Part shown: positions 58,481 through 64,000 of the stretch, piece after piece
Layout: every line of letters begins with the position of its first letter
How positions within the stretch are numbered: position 1 is the first letter of the stretch
Position numbers and translations under genes: made by a program
Notes under the pieces: model-generated
What the model was told of the DNA's origin: nothing
Database searches by the model: none
The model's input: only the letters and a program-made list of their open reading frames with translations
Source: Minisyncoccota bacterium
Lineage (GTDB): Bacteria > Patescibacteriota > Minisyncoccia > Phycocordibacterales > PALSA-1337
NCBI GenBank assembly: GCA_028713005.1
Contig: JAQTPC010000001.1
Location: forward strand, 33,414-97,413
DNA length: 64,000 nucleotides
Direction of reading: 5' to 3'

Positions 58481-59095
58481 TTATTTTTTGAATTCGCCTA
58501 CCTTGACCTTTGGCGGACGCATCTGCTTTTTATTCAACGAATACCCTTTTTGTATAACCTGAGTGATGATATGGTCCTGGTTCTCTTCCGTCACTGGCAG
58601 ATACTCTGCTGCTTCATCACGTGCAGGATCAAATTTTAAGCCGATAGGATTTACCTCTTCTAAACCACTTTCATTCAACGTTTTTTTGAGCTGAGAATAG
58701 ATATACTCAACGCCCATACGCCAGTTCTTGTCTACTTTTTCCCATGTCTCTTTATTTGCCATAGCGAGATCAAAGCTTTCGAGAACCGGAATAAGGCTTT
58801 CGATCAAACGCTCATTTGAGAACTTGATGAACTCTTTTCGCTCTTCTTCGTCACGCTTGCGGGCATTCACAAAATCAGCTTTGGCTCTCTGCCAACCAGT
58901 GAGGTACTCCTGCGCATCAGCCTGAGATTTTTTGAGCTTGGCACGGAGCTTCTTGATCGTCTCTGCCATATTTTCTTCAGCGATGACGCTATCATCGAGC
59001 GTATCGTCTGACTCGATAGTGACATCATCAGCATCTAAATCAAGTACTTTTTCAGTGTCAGGGTTATTTGTGTCTTTATTTTCATCTGTATTCAT
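58481..59095 (-). CDS. grpE: nucleotide exchange factor GrpE
   Basis: Acidic N-terminus, a long coiled coil, and …DFVNARKR…E… GrpE motifs. Confidence 0.85.
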   Translation of the reverse strand: MNTDENKDTNNPDTEKVLDLDADDVTIESDDTLDDSVIAEENMAETIKKLRAKLKKSQADAQEYLTGWQRAKADFVNARKRDEEERKEFIKFSNERLIESLIPVLESFDLAMANKETWEKVDKNWRMGVEYIYSQLKKTLNESGLEEVNPIGLKFDPARDEAAEYLPVTEENQDHIITQVIQKGYSLNKKQMRPPKVKVGEFKK

Positions 59096-59155
59096 GTAAC
59101 AAGTATATATAAAAAACCAGTTCCCTGCAAAGAGAACCGGTTGTGAGTGCCGCAG

Positions 59156-59644
59156 TTAGACCATCTTGCCACCATGATGAAGGAGTTGTAACTTGTCGAG
59201 CGCATTATACAACGTTAACCATTGCATGCGAGCAACTGTATCATCTTTGATATGTTTTTTAGCATATGTTTCTTGCGACTGCAGAGCCACATGCCCGAGA
59301 TCCTTCTTTGATTTTAAGCCAAACTCAATCGAGGCGAGGTTGAACTCTTTCATACGCTGCGTTATTTCAAGCACAAGACTGAGTGGGTCCGTGTGCCCAT
59401 CCCGTAAGCGTCGGAGATAGCTGTATACCTCGGCTTTCGCACGGCGCCGGGAATGCCATTTATCCAAACGTTTATGGTAATAAATGGACTGAAACCAATG
59501 CAAAATTCGAAGTGGTATTGTCAACATATGAAAACCTTTCTTTTTTGTTTGTGATGTTTCTGTCACCAGACTACACCACACAGAATGAGAAAACAAGAAA
59601 AAAGCGCCACCATATAGTATGGTGACGCTGCAATAAAACCGCAA
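59156..59644 (-). CDS. hypothetical protein (up to 162 aa; internal start MLTIPL possible)
   Basis: ORF only; basic. Confidence 0.35.
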   Translation of the reverse strand: MRFYCSVTILYGGAFFLFSHSVWCSLVTETSQTKKKGFHMLTIPLRILHWFQSIYYHKRLDKWHSRRRAKAEVYSYLRRLRDGHTDPLSLVLEITQRMKEFNLASIEFGLKSKKDLGHVALQSQETYAKKHIKDDTVARMQWLTLYNALDKLQLLHHGGKMV

Positions 59645-60106
59645 TTAGAGAGCAAGCGACTGGAGTGTTGTTTTTTGATTGCCAAGATATTTCAACGCGC
59701 TTGGCAGTTCTATACGTGGTTGAGGTGCGGCATTTGCTGTATTTCGTGCATCAACAGACACAACATACTTGAGATGCACAGCCCTGCGTTCGAGTGCATT
59801 AATAGCGACCATACGGCACGCATCTAAATCCGGACAGCCGCGTGGATACTCCTTCGACTTAAACAACCGTGTCGACAGACGATACTGATTTACTCCATCC
59901 ATTATTGTTAAAAATGACTTGAGGCCATCATCTGTTCCTTCATCTGTAATGAGCGTATCCCAAACAAGCAGGAGCTCCTTAATACGTTTGTCCTTTCGCT
60001 TATGCCGCAGTGCGAATAATTCCCAGATAACCATCTCTGTAATAAGCAGAGCAAACCCCCAGGCGACATATCTCCATGAATGATATAAATCAAAGTTCCC
60101 TGACAT
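59645..60106 (-). CDS. hypothetical protein with N-terminal TM (153 aa)
   Basis: ORF abutting the previous gene, with a 1-nt spacing. Confidence 0.35.
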   Translation of the reverse strand: MSGNFDLYHSWRYVAWGFALLITEMVIWELFALRHKRKDKRIKELLLVWDTLITDEGTDDGLKSFLTIMDGVNQYRLSTRLFKSKEYPRGCPDLDACRMVAINALERRAVHLKYVVSVDARNTANAAPQPRIELPSALKYLGNQKTTLQSLAL

Positions 60107-60182
60107 ACTATCTCCTTTTGTTATATTGTTGTCCGCAAAAATTGTTCCTCGATTAATTTACAGTACAAGTAGAATAAATACA

Positions 60183-60217
60183 AGAAAAAACGCTACTGTT
60201 TTTTGAACAGTAGCGTT
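60183..60217 (-). terminator. intrinsic terminator
   Basis: aacgctactgtt-N5-aacagtagcgtt, with a T-run on the minus strand. Confidence 0.7.
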
Positions 60218-60231
60218 GTGTAGAAATAACA

Positions 60232-60606
60232 TTACGCACAGATGCGAATTGGTGGTCGCACCTTAGATTCAACAAGCGGAACCTTTACCGGTGGCGGGTT
60301 CATCGCAAGAAGATACTCTTCCTCGGTTTTCCTTTTGCGCTCCTGTGCACGAGCCAGAGAACATAATGCCCTCTGAGATAAGTCTTCGCTATTGATTAAA
60401 TCGAGCTCTTGGTGCGTCACTTTATAATGCTCGCATAGATGTTCGATTCTCTGACGCTTAGCTTCGGAACTGTCGCAGCCGTATTTATCTTCAATGAGAA
60501 ATATCAACTGCAATGCCTCCGCTTTTGCTTGTTGATATTTCAAGGCTACAAATGCTGAATGAATGCGAAATGGAATGAAGAGGAGGATCTTTAGAAAGAA
60601 TTTCAT
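60232..60606 (-). CDS. hypothetical protein (124 aa)
   Basis: ORF with a terminator downstream. Confidence 0.35.
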   Translation of the reverse strand: MKFFLKILLFIPFRIHSAFVALKYQQAKAEALQLIFLIEDKYGCDSSEAKRQRIEHLCEHYKVTHQELDLINSEDLSQRALCSLARAQERKRKTEEEYLLAMNPPPVKVPLVESKVRPPIRICA

Positions 60607-60741
60607 AACTTTTCTATGTAGTTGTGGGTTGAATGTGAAAAAACAGTTTAACTTAATCTACATCATTTTTGAAAAATGTGCCACAAAGCACAATCCGCTG
60701 GAAAAGCGGATTGAACTGGAAACAAACACTATGTTTGAGTT

Positions 60742-63700
60742 TTACTTTGGCTGGGTTCTAAACGTAGAGACTGCTGATGTTGACTGTGTTCCACTGACCG
60801 AATCAACTGCCGTAATCTTGAAATAATATTTCGTACTCTTTGTGAGACCAGAGATAGTCAGCACATGTAAAGTAGATAGATTGGTATCATTTGCAACTGA
60901 GCCAGTTGCTTTGTTGGTGAGACCATATGAGATATTGCCTGTAGATGGTACATTTGTATTCCATTTGATCGTCGCTGTTGTAGCGGTCTTCTGAGAAACT
61001 GAGAACGAAGTTATCGCCACCGGTGTTGGACCAGTAACAATAGGTTGAGGAACCGTAACAGAAACGGTATTACTCTGCGCAGAGAGATTTCCCGCAGCAT
61101 CAGAAGCGACGACGGTGTAGCTATACGTACCTGGAACAACACTATTATCTGTATATGATGTTGACGGAGCAGTAGCGATTGTTTGACCATTACGGAGGAT
61201 GGCATAACCTGTTATACCGACATTATCTACCGAAGCAAACCACGTAAGTTTAACTGAGCTTGAGTTAGGTGCAATTGCAGTGAGATTTGTCGGTGGTGTA
61301 GGTGCTGTAGTATCCGGAACAACTACTACAACATCTTTTTCAAATTGAGCTGTAACACTAACATTGCTTGAAACCGACACATCAGTTCTTGGGTTAGCCG
61401 TAGAGCCATCAGACCAATTTAGGAAATGGTACCCCGTATTAGCTACAGCGGTGACAGAACTCCCATTGGCACCGGAGTTAATAGTTTGCGTAAGTGACCC
61501 AGTAATATTACCGTTTGCACCTGCTGTATACGTAAGCGTATATGTGGTTGTTGTAGGTGGTTCAACAGGAGGCGTCACACCAGAAACATATTGACTAGCA
61601 ATTTCAACTATCTTTGAAGCCAATAATGCGTGGCCAGGCTTATTTGGATGAATTGCGTCATTTGTATATGTCATTGGGCCATAGGGGTTTGCTGCACCGA
61701 ATATATTTCCGATACTAAAGAAATAGACACGACTATCTGATGGATTAGTGGCTTTGTACGCAGCGAGACCAGCCTGTATTTGTGAAGTTACTTCTGGGTT
61801 ACCATTTATATTATTGAGAGTAAGGAATGAAGGCATCAGGAAGATATAGGTATTCGGACCAACCTGAGCACGAGCCATCCTCAACAGCTCTTTTACAGAA
61901 GTGGTGACATCCGTCTGATAATCATTTGCACCCTCAGCAATGATGAGATAATCGACGCCATATGGTAATGGTTGCGCATGGATATAGTCGAGATGATCAA
62001 ATGTTGCAGTAACTGATGGGCCGGAGCCATATTTTCTGTACCCTGCACCACTGTATGCCTTGATACCCACCTCAGCATCGAGCGCTTGTCCGACAAGCAT
62101 AGCCCAACTATCTTGTACAAATGTACTGCCTGTACCTGTATGATCTACTCCGCTCGAATCAGCTTCTGCATTATATCCACGTGAAATAGAGTCACCCAAA
62201 ACAATCATGCGCTTTGAACGTAAACCTGTTGCAGCAGTCGGAGCTGATATTGTCTTTCCAACATCCACCTCCCAGCCCGTGACATTGACCGCGGAACGTG
62301 CGTACCATGTATCTTCAAATCCGCCTTGCTCGTAGTACACCTGAACCGAGTGGTCACTATCTGCCAAACCACTCGCTAAAACTACCGTCTGTGTGCTTTT
62401 ACCTGTATCAGGACGGAACTGGGCGCGTTGCCATGCGCCATTATCGATCTTCCAGTTGACATACGGGTACTTTGAGAAAGCTACACTATCTTCTAACCAC
62501 AAACTAAGATCCACATCCATCTTGAGGAAGCTACCAGTAAAACCAAATTTTGCTGAAGTGCCTGTTTGGTTTACCTGCACATATGTACCTCCATTATAGA
62601 CATTACCTGGTGTGTAAAATATACGTGTGTCATTTGGTGCAATCAAAGTTGAAGGTTCAGCAGATGGAGTTCCTGGTGATCCGGCGCACAGCGAGGTTGT
62701 GAAATATCCACCCTTTCCATATCCAGTGCCATTTGCATTTGTCGCATAGGGACGGAAGAAATACGTAGTACCACACGTAAGGCCACTAATATTTTGAGAG
62801 TATGATCCAGCGGTGAATGTGCCGTTCATGACAACTCTTGACCCATATGCATTTGTTGTACCGTATTCAAAACCGCGAACAGATGTCGAATACTGGAATG
62901 CAAAATCATTAGCAACTGACGCATTGAGCGTTGCTCCTGTCGAAGTGATGTTTGTAGCACCCATACTTGTGACTAGTGGTATTGGCACATAGGCTGAGCC
63001 GCCACTAAAATACGCTTTTGAACCATCTGCGGCGACCCACAATCGCCACATACCACCGCCTGGACCTTGGGTCCAATTTGCTCCAGCAGAATCAGAATAA
63101 AAGAGTGCCACGTTTCCTAATGCGAGAATATGTACACCGTCATCTGAAATCGCAAGGTTTTGCCAATGATTCATGCCAGCAGAGGTGAGCGCTGTCCATG
63201 TTGCCCCATAATTTGTAGATTTATAAATATAAGTATCACTTATACCAACATACATGACACCATTGGCACCGACAGCGACTGAGGCTGCTTTGCCAGGAAT
63301 GCTCGTAACTTTACTCCATGTTGTGCCTGCATTTGTAGATATGTTGATACTCCCATCACTGTCTGGATTATTCAAAGAAACCATTGTTGCCCCATCAGGT
63401 GAAATAGCGACTGTACCACGACCCACTCCATCAAGTGTAGTTTTCCATGTAGCACCCGCATCAGTTGAAACCATGGTCGCCCCCATACTTTGCAAAATAA
63501 GAGTATTCCCACTTGCAGATGAAGCTATTTTCCACCACGATAAACTTGGTCCCAGCACAGTAGAGCTTGCCCATGTCGTACCTCCATCAGTTGAAAAATA
63601 CACATAATCAACGCACTGCGAAGCACATGTTGTTGCCCAGACTTTCTGACCGTCAGCAGAAGCTGCAATTGCTCCCTGAAACACATTCCATGCCTTTGAG

Positions 63701-63960
63701 CCGGAGCCCGTCAAGCTTATCCATGTTTTTCCAGTATCAATAGATTTTTCGAGATAGCCAGATGTGCCGAAATTAAGGGTATTACGGTACATGACTAGTT
63801 CACGTGATGAAGGAGCAAGATTAGCAGCATTGACCCACACATTGTTACCTGAACCTACACCAGCATTTGCTTGCTGACTTGTCATCATAGTTGCCAAACC
63901 GAGTGCCATAGCTATCACAAAACTTGAGAGAATAAAGAGGTGGGATTTTTTAATTTTCAT
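60742..63960 (-). CDS. giant secreted protein, family A paralogue
   Basis: 1072 aa. Order: signal peptide; BNR/Asp-box propeller about 75% identical to the N-terminus of 40463-46024; SGNH hydrolase (…MIVLGDSISRGY…GANDYQTD…IHPNKPGH); C-terminal Fn3-like domains. Confidence 0.75.
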   Translation of the reverse strand: MKIKKSHLFILSSFVIAMALGLATMMTSQQANAGVGSGNNVWVNAANLAPSSRELVMYRNTLNFGTSGYLEKSIDTGKTWISLTGSGSKAWNVFQGAIAASADGQKVWATTCASQCVDYVYFSTDGGTTWASSTVLGPSLSWWKIASSASGNTLILQSMGATMVSTDAGATWKTTLDGVGRGTVAISPDGATMVSLNNPDSDGSINISTNAGTTWSKVTSIPGKAASVAVGANGVMYVGISDTYIYKSTNYGATWTALTSAGMNHWQNLAISDDGVHILALGNVALFYSDSAGANWTQGPGGGMWRLWVAADGSKAYFSGGSAYVPIPLVTSMGATNITSTGATLNASVANDFAFQYSTSVRGFEYGTTNAYGSRVVMNGTFTAGSYSQNISGLTCGTTYFFRPYATNANGTGYGKGGYFTTSLCAGSPGTPSAEPSTLIAPNDTRIFYTPGNVYNGGTYVQVNQTGTSAKFGFTGSFLKMDVDLSLWLEDSVAFSKYPYVNWKIDNGAWQRAQFRPDTGKSTQTVVLASGLADSDHSVQVYYEQGGFEDTWYARSAVNVTGWEVDVGKTISAPTAATGLRSKRMIVLGDSISRGYNAEADSSGVDHTGTGSTFVQDSWAMLVGQALDAEVGIKAYSGAGYRKYGSGPSVTATFDHLDYIHAQPLPYGVDYLIIAEGANDYQTDVTTSVKELLRMARAQVGPNTYIFLMPSFLTLNNINGNPEVTSQIQAGLAAYKATNPSDSRVYFFSIGNIFGAANPYGPMTYTNDAIHPNKPGHALLASKIVEIASQYVSGVTPPVEPPTTTTYTLTYTAGANGNITGSLTQTINSGANGSSVTAVANTGYHFLNWSDGSTANPRTDVSVSSNVSVTAQFEKDVVVVVPDTTAPTPPTNLTAIAPNSSSVKLTWFASVDNVGITGYAILRNGQTIATAPSTSYTDNSVVPGTYSYTVVASDAAGNLSAQSNTVSVTVPQPIVTGPTPVAITSFSVSQKTATTATIKWNTNVPSTGNISYGLTNKATGSVANDTNLSTLHVLTISGLTKSTKYYFKITAVDSVSGTQSTSAVSTFRTQPK

Positions 63961-64000
63961 AAATATATACTATTATCGTGATTTGACACCAATATAATCA

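Noticed and set aside
59156-59644. Degenerate tyrosine-recombinase C-terminus (WHSRRRA… and …LGHVALQSQETYAKKH resembling HxxR and LGH…Y boxes)
   Set aside because: The motif spacing (about 55 aa) is about twice that of real integrases, and no box-I arginine region is recognisable upstream. It is probably a chance resemblance.
1-64000. Alternative genetic code (UGA recoding, as in some CPR lineages)
   Set aside because: Housekeeping genes are full length with UGA used as a stop. Several ATGA stop/start overlaps (rpiB, the AlbA_2-nuclease pair) read correctly under code 11.
1-64000. tRNA or rRNA genes and IS elements or transposases
   Set aside because: No GGTTCGAATCC-type T-arms with matching acceptor stems were seen in intergenic regions. 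I found no rRNA-like tracts and no transposase or integrase ORFs. A by-eye scan cannot fully exclude a tRNA.

Overview
This 64-kb window looks like part of a small, low-GC (about 40-45%) bacterial genome with features typical of a reduced-genome lineage. My inference of a Candidate Phyla Radiation (Patescibacteria) organism rests on the split transketolase, the compact pentose-phosphate cluster, peptidoglycan genes and a large block of giant secreted proteins. It reads in standard code 11. Long ORFs are intact and several genes overlap through ATGA stop/start junctions, so UGA is a stop codon.

The window is densely coding and mostly housekeeping. The housekeeping set includes gap, rpiB-rpe-tktN/tktC, pyrD, uvrB, cmk, three aminoacyl-tRNA synthetases (cysS, gltX, trpS), ribosomal proteins L9 and L27, murG-ftsW, scpA/scpB, and dnaK-dnaJ with a separate grpE.

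Positions 40.4-53.4 kb and 60.7-64.0 kb hold five very large secreted proteins on the minus strand, in two paralogous families.

- Family A combines a BNR/Asp-box propeller with an SGNH esterase domain.
- Family B combines a conserved N-terminal 'HxHPL..THW' segment with a large conserved central domain.
- Both families also carry Fn3-like domains; peptidoglycan-binding repeats occur in one member of each family, and InlB-B repeats in family B.

The most interesting candidates are these:

- **AT-rich island, 16995-19560.** A 2.5-kb island starts inside the last codons of uvrB. It encodes an AlbA_2/Schlafen-like protein and, overlapping it, a membrane-anchored Vsr/DUF559/DUF2726-like endonuclease. 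A coiled-coil membrane protein follows. I read this as a candidate uncharacterised defence module.
- **ORF-free, GC-elevated locus, about 13.4-14.2 kb.** This roughly 800-bp stretch is highly structured and ends in a strong intrinsic terminator. I propose a large unidentified ncRNA and could not match it to tmRNA, RNase P, SRP or common riboswitches.
- **Three small intergenic repeat families.** Family 1 is a palindromic unit GGTCCGACCTAG...CTAGGTCGGACC, present as two inverted-orientation 85-bp composite elements and two single palindromes. Family 2 is a long hairpin of the form cagaaaatcgcaag...cttgcgattttctg. Family 3 is a pair of 33-bp direct repeats flanking ctpA.

I saw no CRISPR array, transposase, integrase, rRNA or obvious tRNA in this window.
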